Source of the DNA: an uncultured archaeon | GTDB taxonomy: Archaea; Thermoproteota; Nitrososphaeria; Nitrososphaerales; Gagatemarchaeaceae | Length of the DNA: 64,000 nt | Reading direction: 5' to 3' | Assembly (NCBI GenBank): GCA_963817525.1 | Contig: CAWFOU010000007.1 | Location: 192,001 to 256,000 of the forward strand | Shown: positions 17,601 through 27,848 of the stretch, in pieces | Position numbering within the stretch: the stretch's first letter is position 1 | Layout of the letters: every line of letters starts with the position of its first letter | The notes under the pieces: model-generated | Databases searched by the model: none | Seen by the model: only the letters and a program-made list of their open reading frames with translations | What the model was told of the DNA's origin: nothing | Translations under genes and position numbers: made by a program

Positions 17601-18266
17601 ATGAGCAAGATATCGCGTGGGCTGAGCCAACAGGTGTCCAACTACCGCCGAAGCAGCGACCTGGCCAGATGGAAGGAGGCGTGGATTCCGAGGACAAGAT
17701 TGGGCGAGAAGGTATCGGAAGACAAGGTGACCTCGCTTCAGGAAATCTTCCAGCAGGGGTTGAAGATCCGCGAGCCCGAGATAGTGAAGACGCTGCTCCC
17801 GAACATCTCCTCCGAAGTGGTGAAAGTGGGAATCGTCCAGAAGCAGACCGACGCTGGTGAACTCACGAGATTCCGCGCGGTCGTCGCGGTAGGCGACAGG
17901 GACGGCTGGTTCGGGGTGGGTGAGGGTAAGGCTGCGCAGAGAGTAGCCGCAATAGACAAGGCGACGAATGCCGCACTGCTCTCCATCATACCGGTGAAGC
18001 GCGGCTGTGGAAGTCCAGAGTGCTCGAACAAGACGAACCACTCGGTGCCCTTTAGGACGATCGGCAAGGCCGGGAGCGTGACAGTGCAGTTGCTTCCCGC
18101 GCCCAGGGGCGTCGGGCTCGTTGCCGGCCCCGCCCTTAGGAAGCTCTTGGCGTTGGCTGGCTTGGAAGATGTCTATGTGAGGTCCTTCGGCTCGACCAAC
18201 ACAGCGTCGTCATTGGCGAACGCGGTCTACGACGCGGTCTCCAAGTCGCATAGACTTGACGTGTAG
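17601..18266 (+). CDS. rps5: 30S ribosomal protein S5 (uS5), archaeal type
   Basis: WIPRTRLG, QKQTDAGELTRF, GVGEGKA, PVKRGCGS, HSVPF..GKAGSV, PAPRGVGLVAG. Confidence 0.92.
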   Translation: MSKISRGLSQQVSNYRRSSDLARWKEAWIPRTRLGEKVSEDKVTSLQEIFQQGLKIREPEIVKTLLPNISSEVVKVGIVQKQTDAGELTRFRAVVAVGDRDGWFGVGEGKAAQRVAAIDKATNAALLSIIPVKRGCGSPECSNKTNHSVPFRTIGKAGSVTVQLLPAPRGVGLVAGPALRKLLALAGLEDVYVRSFGSTNTASSLANAVYDAVSKSHRLDV

Positions 18267-18445
18267 GCTTGCTGGTGGAGTTGCCCACGAGTCAGCTTTG
18301 TACGTCCCCAAAAAATTCCGGAATCTAGGGAGGCCGGCTCTGCGGGACCTCTGACGACGAAAGAGAGGAACGCCCAAGGCGGCCGTGCTAGCATAGTGTC
18401 AATCCGGCGCTAATATTAAAGAATCCATCCGACTCCGGGACGGAA

Positions 18446-19021
18446 TTGGCCCCGGCCACCATTGCCGTCCTCATCGCCTTGCTGGCGGCAACCGTCTTCG
18501 TTTGCCTCTCGTTCGTCTTCCCGTCCCTGACCGGCGCTCCCTGGGTGCCGAGCCCCAACGACACCGTGAGGAAGATGCTCCTGCTCGCGAAGGTGAAACC
18601 GGGCGAAGAGGTCTACGACCTAGGGTCTGGAGACGGTAGAGTCGTCATAACCTCCGTGAAGGAGTTCGGTGCGAGGTCGACCGGGATCGAGATCGACGTG
18701 TTCCGGGCTTTTTACTCGAAGGTGCTCATCAAGCTGCTGGGCCTTGGGGGGAAGGCCAGGGTCATCTGGTCCAGTTTCTACAGGGTGGACCTGAGCAAGG
18801 CAGATGTCGTCACCGTGTACCTGCTGCCGCAGACCAACGACAAGCTGATGCCCAAGCTCGAGAGGGAGCTCAGGCCGACGTCCAGGGTGGTCTCGCACGC
18901 GTTCAAATTCGATTGGCCGCTCCTCGACTCTGACGAGGGCGCGAAGATCTACGTCTACAATCCTCGTCCCAGCCCGTCTCTACCTAAGGCCTCTCCGGAA
19001 GCTCGAGGCGAGCCGACCTGA
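18446..19021 (+). CDS. membrane-anchored class I SAM-dependent methyltransferase (FAM173/archaeal lysine methyltransferase-like)
   Basis: N-terminal TM, GAPWVPS, YDLGSGDGR, GIEID, ADVVTVYL, RVVSHAF. Confidence 0.8.
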   Translation: MAPATIAVLIALLAATVFVCLSFVFPSLTGAPWVPSPNDTVRKMLLLAKVKPGEEVYDLGSGDGRVVITSVKEFGARSTGIEIDVFRAFYSKVLIKLLGLGGKARVIWSSFYRVDLSKADVVTVYLLPQTNDKLMPKLERELRPTSRVVSHAFKFDWPLLDSDEGAKIYVYNPRPSPSLPKASPEARGEPT

Positions 19022-19078
19022 GCCTGACCGTGCTGGAAGGGACAGCCTAGCCGCGTCGAGGACTGTGAGGGAGCTGGC

Positions 19079-19837
19079 TCATGACTCCTCGAACTCCTCT
19101 CCTCCCTTCGCAATGCGCGAGAGCTCCCCCACCAGGGCGATGAAACCGTCCCTCGTGTAGCCCGAGACGGGGAAGAGGCCCGTCGAGATCGAGGCGTGCT
19201 TCAGCGCCCGGAAGACCTGCGTGTAGAAGGTGTAGGACTCGCCGGACTTGGTCTTCGAGAGACCAGCCTCGAACTGCACGGCGTCGTTGCCCCACTTCAC
19301 AATCTCCCTTGCGTTGGTCGAGATGTCCGTCTTCGAGAGGACCTGCAGGAGGGGGAGCTCCATCCGCAGCTGGACCGAGGTCGATAGGAGAAGGAGCGAG
19401 AGGAAGTTGGTTGGCGAGGAGGCTACCAGCGAGTCGATGAGGAAGAGGACGGCCTTAGAGTCTGCCCTGAGGCCCCTCGCGACGAACGGCCCGCTCTCCC
19501 GGAAGGCGAAGAGCTCTATCTGGCCCGGTGTGTCGACGACCACAAAGTCCGCGTTGGAGGAGTCGATGTCGTCCTGCACCTCAGGGAGCTTGCTGGCGAT
19601 GAGGTCGCTGGCGAAGATCAAGGCTCCGTTAGGCCCGAGAGAGTACTTGTGCATTATCTCCTGGAGGTCGATCATCGTCCTCACGTCGACGTCCGGCTCG
19701 TAGGGGAGGGCGACGACCCCCGGGTCTAGGTTCACCGCTATCGCGTTCTGCGACTTTTCGTGATACCAGCTCAGCAATGACGCGGTGAGGAGGGACTTGC
19801 CAGCGCCCGCCGTGCCCGTGACGAAGACGACGTTCAA
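19079..19837 (-). CDS. GPN-loop GTPase
   Basis: GTAGAGKS, VNLDPG, LGPNGAL, DTPGQIELF, SKTD. Confidence 0.92.
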   Translation of the reverse strand: MNVVFVTGTAGAGKSLLTASLLSWYHEKSQNAIAVNLDPGVVALPYEPDVDVRTMIDLQEIMHKYSLGPNGALIFASDLIASKLPEVQDDIDSSNADFVVVDTPGQIELFAFRESGPFVARGLRADSKAVLFLIDSLVASSPTNFLSLLLLSTSVQLRMELPLLQVLSKTDISTNAREIVKWGNDAVQFEAGLSKTKSGESYTFYTQVFRALKHASISTGLFPVSGYTRDGFIALVGELSRIAKGGEEFEES

Positions 19838-19893
19838 CTTGGCCCTAGCGCCGGCCGCGTCAGCTTATATCTTCGACCGCGCTTTGGGCGACC

Positions 19894-20184
19894 ATGCCCG
19901 CCTACATAGTTTTCACCCGACTGCGCACCCGCAACCAAGCGGAGCTCGACACCTACAGGAAGGAAGTGGGCGCTTCCCTGGCCGGGCACAAGCTCAAGGC
20001 CCTGGCCAGCTACACCCCGTACGAGGTCCTGGAAGGGCCCGAGGTCGAAGGCGCCGTGATTCTGGAATTTCCGACGCGCGCCGAGGCAAAGGCCTGGTAT
20101 ACGAGCCCCGCGTACCAGGAGGCGGTCAAGCACAGGTTCTTGGGCGCGGACTACAGCGTGATGATCGTCGAAGGCGAAAAGTGA
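19894..20184 (+). CDS. DUF1330 family protein
   Basis: MPAYIV...EVLEG...VILEFPTRAEAKAWYTSPAYQ. Confidence 0.88.
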   Translation: MPAYIVFTRLRTRNQAELDTYRKEVGASLAGHKLKALASYTPYEVLEGPEVEGAVILEFPTRAEAKAWYTSPAYQEAVKHRFLGADYSVMIVEGEK

Positions 20185-20190
20185 GGCCGC

Positions 20191-21006
20191 CTACCTTATC
20201 GTCTCGCGCTTGCTCGTGACGGTCCCGCCGAGCTCCGATATCCTTCGCGTGAGGAAGGACGCAAGCTCCGAGTACGTGGAGCGAGCCGTGCTCGACTTGC
20301 GGGAGGTCACGGTCACGTCGAGCTCCATCGTGGGTACGCCGGCCCTGAGCCCTCTGGGGTGCGACTTGATGTACGCCTCTGGGTGCATCTTCAGCGCCTC
20401 CGCGAGGGAGGGGGCGAGGGCCGCCTCGTAGATCCCGTTAAGCTTCATTGTAACCTTCGCTATGTGGATTTCGCCAACCTTCTCCCTGATCTCCTTCTCC
20501 GCGATGTTCGAGAAGATGTTCCTCATCTCCCTCGGCACTCCAGGGAGGCAGTAGACCACGGTCCCCTCGCCGGCGGTGAGCCTGACCCCGGGCGCGGTCC
20601 CCACGTCGTTCCTGAGGGGAATGCTCCCCTCGGGGAGCATCGCCATCTTCTTCCTCGCAGGGGTGAGCTCGAACTCCCTACCCGCCTTCTCGATGTGCTC
20701 CTTGATGAGCGCAATCGCGTCTTCGTTGAACTTGATTTTCTTCCCGAGCCCGAGCGCGATGCCCTTCAGGGTCATGTCGTCGGGAGTGGGGCCCAGCCCT
20801 CCGACCACGATGATAAAGTCAGGCCTCGATGAGAGGAGCTCCTTGAGCCCCGCCGAGATCTCGTCCAGAGAGTCCGTGACCGTGAGGACCCTGTCGAGCA
20901 TCCCGCCCATCTTGTAGAGCCGCCCGCCTATCCAGTATGCGTTAGAGTTCATCGTCCTCCCAATCAGGAGCTCCTTGCCCACGGAGAAGTTGACGACGGA
21001 GACCAA
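20191..21006 (-). CDS. CinA-like molybdopterin-binding domain protein (competence/damage-inducible A family)
   Basis: SVGKELLIGRTMNSNA, GGLGPTPDDMT, NDVGTAPG, LPGVPREM, YIKSHP. Confidence 0.88.
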   Translation of the reverse strand: MVSVVNFSVGKELLIGRTMNSNAYWIGGRLYKMGGMLDRVLTVTDSLDEISAGLKELLSSRPDFIIVVGGLGPTPDDMTLKGIALGLGKKIKFNEDAIALIKEHIEKAGREFELTPARKKMAMLPEGSIPLRNDVGTAPGVRLTAGEGTVVYCLPGVPREMRNIFSNIAEKEIREKVGEIHIAKVTMKLNGIYEAALAPSLAEALKMHPEAYIKSHPRGLRAGVPTMELDVTVTSRKSSTARSTYSELASFLTRRISELGGTVTSKRETIR

Positions 21007-21112
21007 CTCCCCTGCGTCGAGGGGACCGCATATTCAAAGGCTTGCGCGTGCCTAAGAAAGGTGCTACGGCAGAGTGAACACTAAGCTTTCGCGTCGCGTC
21101 TCGTCGTTTCTT

Positions 21113-21334
21113 CTACTGTTTTTTCTTGTCGCCACTCAGCCACCAGTCGAGATAGTCGGCCTGCTGGCGCTGCCTCTTCCGCCTCTCGTCGTCAGGCAGC
21201 GTTTTCATCTTGAACCTCAGGTCGGACAACTGGTCTCTGGTCAAAAACAGCCCGCAGCTCTTGCAAGAGAATCTCTTGTTGACCGCGTCGAAGACGAGCG
21301 CCCCGCCACATTCGGGACAGAACTGGTCTACCAT
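21113..21334 (-). CDS. small Zn-ribbon protein
   Basis: CPECGG...CKSCG, charged helix, C-terminal YLDWWLS. Confidence 0.75.
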   Translation of the reverse strand: MVDQFCPECGGALVFDAVNKRFSCKSCGLFLTRDQLSDLRFKMKTLPDDERRKRQRQQADYLDWWLSGDKKKQ

Positions 21335-21426
21335 GGATTAATTTCAGTCCAGAGGTCGGTATTCCTTAAGTCTTTGGTGGCGTTCCCGTTTCTTCCAGCC
21401 AAAATTTGTTAAATAGCTAGACCCCT

Positions 21427-22344
21427 GTGGCGGCTCGACTTCCAGTGGCCAATTGGCGAGTTATGGTTGGTCCCTCCTCCCAGGAGTTCGGGACCAAGCT
21501 GGCCAAGAGGATGGGGCTCCCGCTGCTTGCGGTGACCACCACGGAGTTCCCCGACGGCGAGATAAAGTACAAGTTCGACGAGAAGCTCGACGGGCTGGAG
21601 GTCCTCCTCGTCCAGGCGACATATCCGCCGGCGGACAGGCACTACATGCAGCTCTTCCTCGCCTCCCACCACATGAGCCAGGAGGGTGCGAGGGTCCACG
21701 CGGTAATCCCCTACCTGGGGTACGCCAGGCAGGGCAAGGCCTTCCTCCCTGGGGAGATAGTGAGCCTCGGCATAGTCGCCCACCTCCTGAGGTCGGTGGG
21801 GGTCACGAGGGTCAGCACGGTCGACATGCACTCCGCGGAGGGTCTCGCGCTCTTCTCGATGCCCGTCTACAGCGTCTCCGCAATACCCGGGCTGGCGCAG
21901 TACGTCAAGACGCACGTCAAGCTCGACGACCCGATAGTGGTCGCCCCGGACGCGGGCTCCGCAAAGAGGACGCAGGCGTTCGCCGCGCTCTACGGGACCA
22001 AGTCCATCCAGTTCAAGAAGAGCAGGGACCGCGTCACGGGCAGGATCAAGATGGAGGCGCCTCCCAAGCTAGAACCCAAGGGGAGGGACTGCGTCGTGGT
22101 CGACGACGTCATCTCGACTGGGGGGACGATCGCGGCCTCGACCGAGCTCCTCAAGAAGGCGGGCGCGAAGAAGGTCGTAGCCGCCTGCGTCCACGCCGTC
22201 CTGCTTGGGGAGACCTACGACAAGCTCATCAAGTCGGGAGTCGATGAAATAATAGGGACCAATACTGTGCCCAGCCGAGTAAGCAAGGTTGACGCAACAG
22301 AGCCTATGGCGGCCTACCTCAGGACGATCATCGCCGAGAAGTAG
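21427..22344 (+). CDS. prs: ribose-phosphate pyrophosphokinase
   Basis: FPDGE, IPYLGYARQ, TVDMH, VAPDAG, VDDVISTGGT. Confidence 0.93.
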   Translation: MAARLPVANWRVMVGPSSQEFGTKLAKRMGLPLLAVTTTEFPDGEIKYKFDEKLDGLEVLLVQATYPPADRHYMQLFLASHHMSQEGARVHAVIPYLGYARQGKAFLPGEIVSLGIVAHLLRSVGVTRVSTVDMHSAEGLALFSMPVYSVSAIPGLAQYVKTHVKLDDPIVVAPDAGSAKRTQAFAALYGTKSIQFKKSRDRVTGRIKMEAPPKLEPKGRDCVVVDDVISTGGTIAASTELLKKAGAKKVVAACVHAVLLGETYDKLIKSGVDEIIGTNTVPSRVSKVDATEPMAAYLRTIIAEK

Positions 22345-22360
22345 GGCGAGCGTCCTCTTC

Positions 22361-23327
22361 ATGCTCTCCGGGAGTCGACGGGAGTCCCGGAGGCGGAGGC
22401 GCGGGCCCTCGTCCGCGACCTCGACCCTGAGGCCAAGTTCGAGAGCCCCGAGGGAGGCCTTCTGGTCGCAGAGACCAGCGCCGACCCGGCGCTGATCGAG
22501 TCCCGCGTGGCGTTCTCGAGGCGAGTGGGGCGCCTCGTCCCCGACGGGCGCCTGGACGAGGGGCATGTCTCCCTCCTCAGGCGGGGGACCTACAGGGTGC
22601 GCGTGTTCGGCGAGGGGGATAACGGGAAGGGGGAGGAGGAGATGATCGCCTCCATCGCCGAGAGGGTGGGAGGGAAGGTCTCGCTGGACGCCCCGGACCG
22701 CGAGGTATCCGCCTACGTGGGCGAGGGCGGGAGGAAGACGTACGTGGCGATAACGATGCCCGGCTCGATGAGGCAGGGGTGGGTGACTCGGAGGCCGCGG
22801 AGCAGGGCGTTCTTCCACCCGTCGGCCATCTTCCCGAAGCTCTCCCGCGCGCTGGTCAACCTCTCTGGGGTCCAGCCCGGCGAGGCGTTCCTCGACCCAT
22901 TCTGCGGGACGGGGAGCCTGCTCATCGAGGCCAGCATAGTCGGGGCCGAACCCGTGGGGATCGACCTGGCGCGGAAGATGGTGAGGGGGGCGCGCAGGAA
23001 CGCCATCAAGTACGCGCAGCCGTGGCTCGGGGTAATCCGGGCGGACTCTCGGAGCCCCCGGTGATGGAGGTGAGCGCGGTCGCCACCGACATCCCCTACG
23101 GGAGGGCCTCGAGCGCCGCCGGGCGCAAGTCGAGCGACGTCCTGTGTTCCCTGGTCGAGCGCGCGGCGGGGGTGATCCCGGGCGGGAGGAAGCTTGTGGT
23201 CATGCACCCCAAGAGCCTGCAGGTCGAGGAGGCGGGCGGGCTGCGCATCGAGGAGGAGCTCGACATATACATCCACAGGACGCTCACCAGGACTATCACC
23301 GTGATGCGGAGGGACGAGGCGCGCTGA
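22361..23327 (+). CDS. tRNA (guanine-10-N2) methyltransferase Trm11/TrmG10-like, two apparent frameshifts (G run 22370-22372, C run 23055-23059)
   Basis: LSGE...PEAE N-terminus, RRPRSRAFFHPS, LDPFCGTGSLLIEA, ATDIPYGR, IHRTLTR recovered across frames; start uncertain. Confidence 0.82.
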
Positions 23328-24244
23328 CCAAGCTCGAGGTCGTCTTCCTGGGGACGAGCTCCGCGACCCCCACGAAGGGAAGGAACCTCCCCGCGGTAGT
23401 GATCAGGAGGGAGGGGGAGGTCGTCCTCATGGACTGCGGGGAGGGCACCCAGAGGAGGTTCGTCGAGTACGGCCTCGGGATAAACAGGGAGATGGTCGTC
23501 CTGATCACGCACCTGCACGGGGACCACGTCAACGGCCTCCTCGGGCTGCTACAGACGATGAGCATGTCCCAGAGGGGGAAGAAGCTCACGCTCGTCGGGC
23601 CTGAGGGGCTCTACCAGTGGGTGAAGGCGAGCATGGAGATGCTGCACATCGGGCTCTCCTTCGACCTGCAGTTCTTGGCCGCGAGGCCCGGGGTGGTCCT
23701 GAGGAGGGAGGCGTACCAGATAAGGTGCGCCCGGGCGAGCCACTCGGTGGAGGCCTATTCGTACCTCTTCGAGGAGACTCCCCGTCCGGGCGTGTTCGAC
23801 TCGAAGAAGGCCGTGGCGCTGGGGGTCCCTGAGGGGAGGAAGTGGTCGACCTTGCAGCACGGGAGGAGCGTCACCGTTGAGGGGAAGACGATACGGCCGC
23901 GCGAGGTCCTGGGGCCAAGGAGGGAGGGGAGGAGGGTGGGATACTCGGGGGACACGAGGCCGTCGGCGACCCTGGCCAGGCTCTTCGCCGAGGCAGACCT
24001 GCTGATCTTCGACTCGACGTTCGCCGCGGGCGACGCGGACAAGGCGGTGGAGAGGAAGCACTCCACCTGCGTGGAGGCCGCCGAGCTGGCAAAGAAGGCC
24101 CATGTTAGGAGGCTCGCGCTCACCCACTTTAGCGCCAGGTACAGGAGCGTCTCCCCGCTGGTGAGGGAGGCCAGGGAGGTCTTCCCGGAGACCTTCGCCG
24201 CGAGTGACGGGATGTTCGTGGACGTACCCGGAAGGGCTCAGTAG
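23324..24244 (+). CDS. rnz: ribonuclease Z
   Basis: FLGTSS..PT..RN, DCGEGTQ, ITHLHGDH, exosite GVPEG, YSGDT, HST, LTHFSARY; CTG start overlaps the upstream TGA (CTGA). Confidence 0.92.
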   Translation: MTKLEVVFLGTSSATPTKGRNLPAVVIRREGEVVLMDCGEGTQRRFVEYGLGINREMVVLITHLHGDHVNGLLGLLQTMSMSQRGKKLTLVGPEGLYQWVKASMEMLHIGLSFDLQFLAARPGVVLRREAYQIRCARASHSVEAYSYLFEETPRPGVFDSKKAVALGVPEGRKWSTLQHGRSVTVEGKTIRPREVLGPRREGRRVGYSGDTRPSATLARLFAEADLLIFDSTFAAGDADKAVERKHSTCVEAAELAKKAHVRRLALTHFSARYRSVSPLVREAREVFPETFAASDGMFVDVPGRAQ

Positions 24245-24643
24245 GCCGTGAGCCAGTCAACCAGCTTCTCGGGAGCCTCTGACTCTATCTCCAGGTTGAG
24301 CGGCCCAAGGGGAGACTCCACCGCGTTCGAGCAGAGGGCCAGGACCCCGGCGGCGGCGGCCTGCCGATTGAGCTTGAGCGGGAGGACCTGCCCCTCCAGG
24401 CTTGCGAGCATCAGCCTCCGCGCCGCGTCCCTCACGTGCCTGTCCCTGAGCTGGTCGTGGAGCTTCTGGAGGCATCTCGACGAGGCTGAGACGGATGCGG
24501 ATGGAGGCCGCCCCCTCTTCGACGGAGTAGTCGCAATCGCCGAGGACCTGGCGCATCGCGGCCAGCACCTTCTGGGGGTCCTCCGAGGCGGAGACGGTCG
24601 CGCGCAGCTCTATCCTGTTCGCGGGCGGAGCGGCCTCAGGCAG
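24238..24643 (-). CDS. DUF54/UPF0201 RNA-binding protein, apparent frameshift near 24490
   Basis: ATVSASEDPQKV in one frame; RDAARR...LNRQAAAAG...ESPLGP...VDWL in another. Confidence 0.78.
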
Positions 24644-25187
24644 TCGTGCTCACCCACCATTCTACGAGCTCGACGGCTCGGTTCCCTAGCTCCTCGGGGG
24701 TATCGTGCTCGTTGGAGAGGACGTCGTCGGCCAGTGCGACCGCGTCCCCCACCCCGATGGTAAGCTCCCTCTTCTCGCGCTCGTCGAAGCCCTCCCTGCT
24801 GGTGGGCGCGTCGCTCCTCGCCCTCTCGCTCAGTAGCCTGAAGCGCCTCTCCGGCGACGCGTGGATGGCGAGGACCTTGACCTTCCCGTGGCTGGCGAAG
24901 ACCTCCGCCTCCGCGAGCGACCTGAGCCCGTCGACTATCACGACCTTCTCCTTCATCGCCTTGATGGACCTGAGGCAGACCTCGGCCACCGCTCCGGGCC
25001 CGTACTCCCGGCGGAGCTCCAGCATGACCTTGCCCGTGTTCTTCTCGTTCGGCTCCAGCCCCCGTCTCCGAGTCTCCTCGCGAATCACGTCCCCCATCAC
25101 GACGAGTTCGAACCCGTGGACCTCGAGAGCCTTGGCCGCCGTCGACTTGCCCGCCCCCGGCATCCCAGTGATCGCTACTATCAGCAT
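24636..25187 (-). CDS. archaeal dephospho-CoA kinase-like P-loop kinase (UPF0200)
   Basis: ITGMPGAGKST, MGDVIREE, VDGLRSLAE, RFRLL..R.RSD, REKREL. Confidence 0.85.
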   Translation of the reverse strand: MLIVAITGMPGAGKSTAAKALEVHGFELVVMGDVIREETRRRGLEPNEKNTGKVMLELRREYGPGAVAEVCLRSIKAMKEKVVIVDGLRSLAEAEVFASHGKVKVLAIHASPERRFRLLSERARSDAPTSREGFDEREKRELTIGVGDAVALADDVLSNEHDTPEELGNRAVELVEWWVSTTA

Positions 25188-25242
25188 CCTAGCCTCCTTA
25201 AGACAATCGCCGCTATAACAACAGCGCGGAATCGATGGTTCG

Positions 25243-25732
25243 CTAACCGCGGCCTTTGAGCCTAGGTCTGGGGCGATTCGCACTCTCGGCGACTTTGCGA
25301 ACAAAGTCGTCGTTCCACCCGAAGTTCCGCCTTCGCAGCTCTCTGGCATCCAGGAACAGGAGCTCCTTCCAGTGCGGGCGCTTCCGCGGCGTTTCGGATG
25401 ACGTCACCTCGTAGGCGAACGCCAGGTCCCAGTGCCTGTTACCCGGATACCAGGTGCTCGGCTCAGAGTAGGAGAGCACCCTCGGATCCGAGTGCTCAAA
25501 GGCGGGTATTCCAAGCTGCCCCTTGACCACCCGCCTCAGCGCCTCCTCAGGGTGCTCCCCCTCGACGAGGTAAGCCGACGGCAGACGCCAGAGCACCGCC
25601 TCTCGGTCCGGCTCGTCGGTGTCCTTCCTGTTGCTTGGGAGCCACTCCGAGTCCCACCTCCCCCCGGGCTCGGAGACCCCGACGAGGAGCCCGTCCTCGT
25701 CCCTCACGACGCGCGAAGACGCTGATGCACAT
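25243..25732 (-). CDS. NUDIX hydrolase-like protein, apparent frameshift near 25710
   Basis: WRLPSAYLVEGEHPEEALRR resembles a variant Nudix box; N-terminal MCISVFA in the adjacent frame. Confidence 0.65.
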
Positions 25733-25911
25733 GCCGGCCGCCGGGGGCGGATTGTATCTGTCCAGAGGACCGAAGCGCGCGAGCTTTGGCAGGTAAGGTC
25801 GGTGGTCGCTTGCGTTTTTGCTATTTTAACTCTGAGAGGGCGTCAGGGACCGGACGGGATGCGTCCCGATGGCCGTTTACCTTGTCATCGTAAAATAGGA
25901 GGCGGGCGCAG

Positions 25912-26484
25912 GTGGAGGAGGAGCAAGAGAGCCTGCGAGCATTCTTCGCGTTCGAGGTGTCCCCAGAGGTAAGAGGGAACCTCATGAAGGTCGAGGAGGA
26001 GCTGAGGCAGACGCGGGCTGACATCAAGCTCGTGGAGAGGGAGAACCTCCACTTCACGGTGAAGTTCCTCGGAGAGATCCCTGAGAGCCTCGTGGTGGAG
26101 GTGGACCGCAGGATAGTGACCCTGGCGCTGAGGATGATGGAGGTCGGCGTCCGCGGCCTGGGGGCTTTCCCCGACGGGAGGCGGCCACGCGTGGTCTGGG
26201 CGGGCGTCGCCCCGCAGGACCTCGCCGCGCTGACCAGCCAGGGGCAGCAGGTGATAGACGCGCTCGACGGGATAGGAGAGAGCGACGACCGCGGCTTCCA
26301 CCCCCACATCACGCTCGCCCGCGTCCGCTCCCCGAGGAACCCAGAGGCGCTGGCCGCCATCCTACGCGACTCGGCCGCGAGGGAGTTCGGAAGGACGACG
26401 ATAACGGCGCTGAAGCTAAAGTCGAGCAGCCTCACTCCGAACGGTCCGACCTATAGAGACGTGAGGGAGTATCCTCTCCAGTGA
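25912..26484 (+). CDS. thpR: RNA 2',3'-cyclic phosphodiesterase (2H family, LigT/ThpR)
   Basis: RAFFA, two HxT motifs (LHFTVKFLGE, PHITLAR), GAFP..PRVVW, GPTY. Confidence 0.92.
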   Translation: MEEEQESLRAFFAFEVSPEVRGNLMKVEEELRQTRADIKLVERENLHFTVKFLGEIPESLVVEVDRRIVTLALRMMEVGVRGLGAFPDGRRPRVVWAGVAPQDLAALTSQGQQVIDALDGIGESDDRGFHPHITLARVRSPRNPEALAAILRDSAAREFGRTTITALKLKSSSLTPNGPTYRDVREYPLQ

Positions 26485-27806
26485 CAGCCGCGACAGAGAA
26501 GGTCCTGGCCCAGGCGAGGGCCGTCGTGGTGCCGAGCCCCGCGTCCAGGAGGGAGACGGTCAGGGTGGCCGAGAAGGTCCTCTCGAAGGTGAAGGAGGCG
26601 GCCAGGCCGCACGCCGAGGTCGCGGGTGTCCTCCTGGGTGGGTCCTTCGCCAAGGACACCTGGCTGCCCAGCGACGTCGACATCGACGTCTTCGTGAAGA
26701 TAGCCCCCACTGTGGACGAGCGCACGTTCGAGGAGGTCGGGCTCGCGGTTGGGAGGGAGGCGCTGCGGGGCTACAAGCCGGGCAAGAAGTACGCCCAGCA
26801 CCCCTACACGGAGGCCACGGTCGACGGGTTCAAGGTCAACGTAGTGCCCTGCTACGACGTGAAGCTGGGCGAGTGGAAGAGCGCCGCCGACAGGTCGGTC
26901 CACCACGTCGAGTTCGTCAGGAAGAACCTCGACGACGAGGCGAGGGTGCAGGTGAGGCTGCTCAAGAAGTTCATGAAGGCGGTGGGCGTGTACGGGGCGG
27001 AGATACAGCAGGAGGGCTTCAGCGGATACGCGACGGAGGTGCTCATCCACGAATACACGACGTTCGAGTCGGCCCTCGGCTCGTTCTCCGTCTTCGTCCC
27101 GGACTCCCAGGAAGAGTACTTCACTCTCTTCGACCCCATCGACGACAAGAGAGACCTGGGCAAGGCCATGTCGAAGGAGACCGTCGCGAAGATGGTCGTC
27201 GCCTCGCGCGCGTTCCTCGGCTCGCCGTCGGCGGCGTATTTCAAGAAGGCAAGTGGGAAGGCGAGGCCCGGTCTCCAGGGCAGGGCCTACGTGATAGCCT
27301 TCGAGCACGTGGAGCTCAGCGAGGACACGCTCTGGGGAGAACTGAAGCGTAGCTCGAGGCAGATAGCGAAGCACGCGCGAGAAGAGGGGTTCGAGCTCGC
27401 CCGTGTGGAGGCTGCCTCCGACAACAAGCGCTCGAGCGCCATCATCCTACTCCCGCTGGTGGACGAACTCCCCGACCTGGAGGAGAGGCTCGGGCCCGGG
27501 GTCGAACTCGGGGAGGGGTCGAAGAGCTTCGTCTCCAAGAACAAGGGCTCGGCCAAGCTGATATGGGTGGGGGACGACGGGCGCCTGCGGCTTCTCGCGG
27601 AGAGGCGATACACCTCGCTGGGGATGCTGCTCGAGGAGGTCCTGAAGACGCGCGCTGAGAAGATCGGCGTCTCCAAGGAGGTGGCAGAGGCGCTGAAGAA
27701 GAACGGGAGGGTCCTTCGCGGGGCGAAGCTCTCCCGTGAGGCAGGTCGGAAGGCCTGGCTAAGGGAGGGGCTTGCTAGGGCCATCTCCGACACCGTCGGG
27801 GTCTGA
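26481..27806 (+). CDS. cca: archaeal (class I) CCA-adding enzyme
   Basis: GGSFAKDTWL..DVDID, YAQHPY, VVPCY, SAADRS, VRLLKKF, GVYGAE, GFSGY. Confidence 0.94.
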   Translation: MTAATEKVLAQARAVVVPSPASRRETVRVAEKVLSKVKEAARPHAEVAGVLLGGSFAKDTWLPSDVDIDVFVKIAPTVDERTFEEVGLAVGREALRGYKPGKKYAQHPYTEATVDGFKVNVVPCYDVKLGEWKSAADRSVHHVEFVRKNLDDEARVQVRLLKKFMKAVGVYGAEIQQEGFSGYATEVLIHEYTTFESALGSFSVFVPDSQEEYFTLFDPIDDKRDLGKAMSKETVAKMVVASRAFLGSPSAAYFKKASGKARPGLQGRAYVIAFEHVELSEDTLWGELKRSSRQIAKHAREEGFELARVEAASDNKRSSAIILLPLVDELPDLEERLGPGVELGEGSKSFVSKNKGSAKLIWVGDDGRLRLLAERRYTSLGMLLEEVLKTRAEKIGVSKEVAEALKKNGRVLRGAKLSREAGRKAWLREGLARAISDTVGV

Positions 27807-27848
27807 GCGGGGAAGGTCGGTTGCGCACAGCGTTGAGCGAGGCGACTC

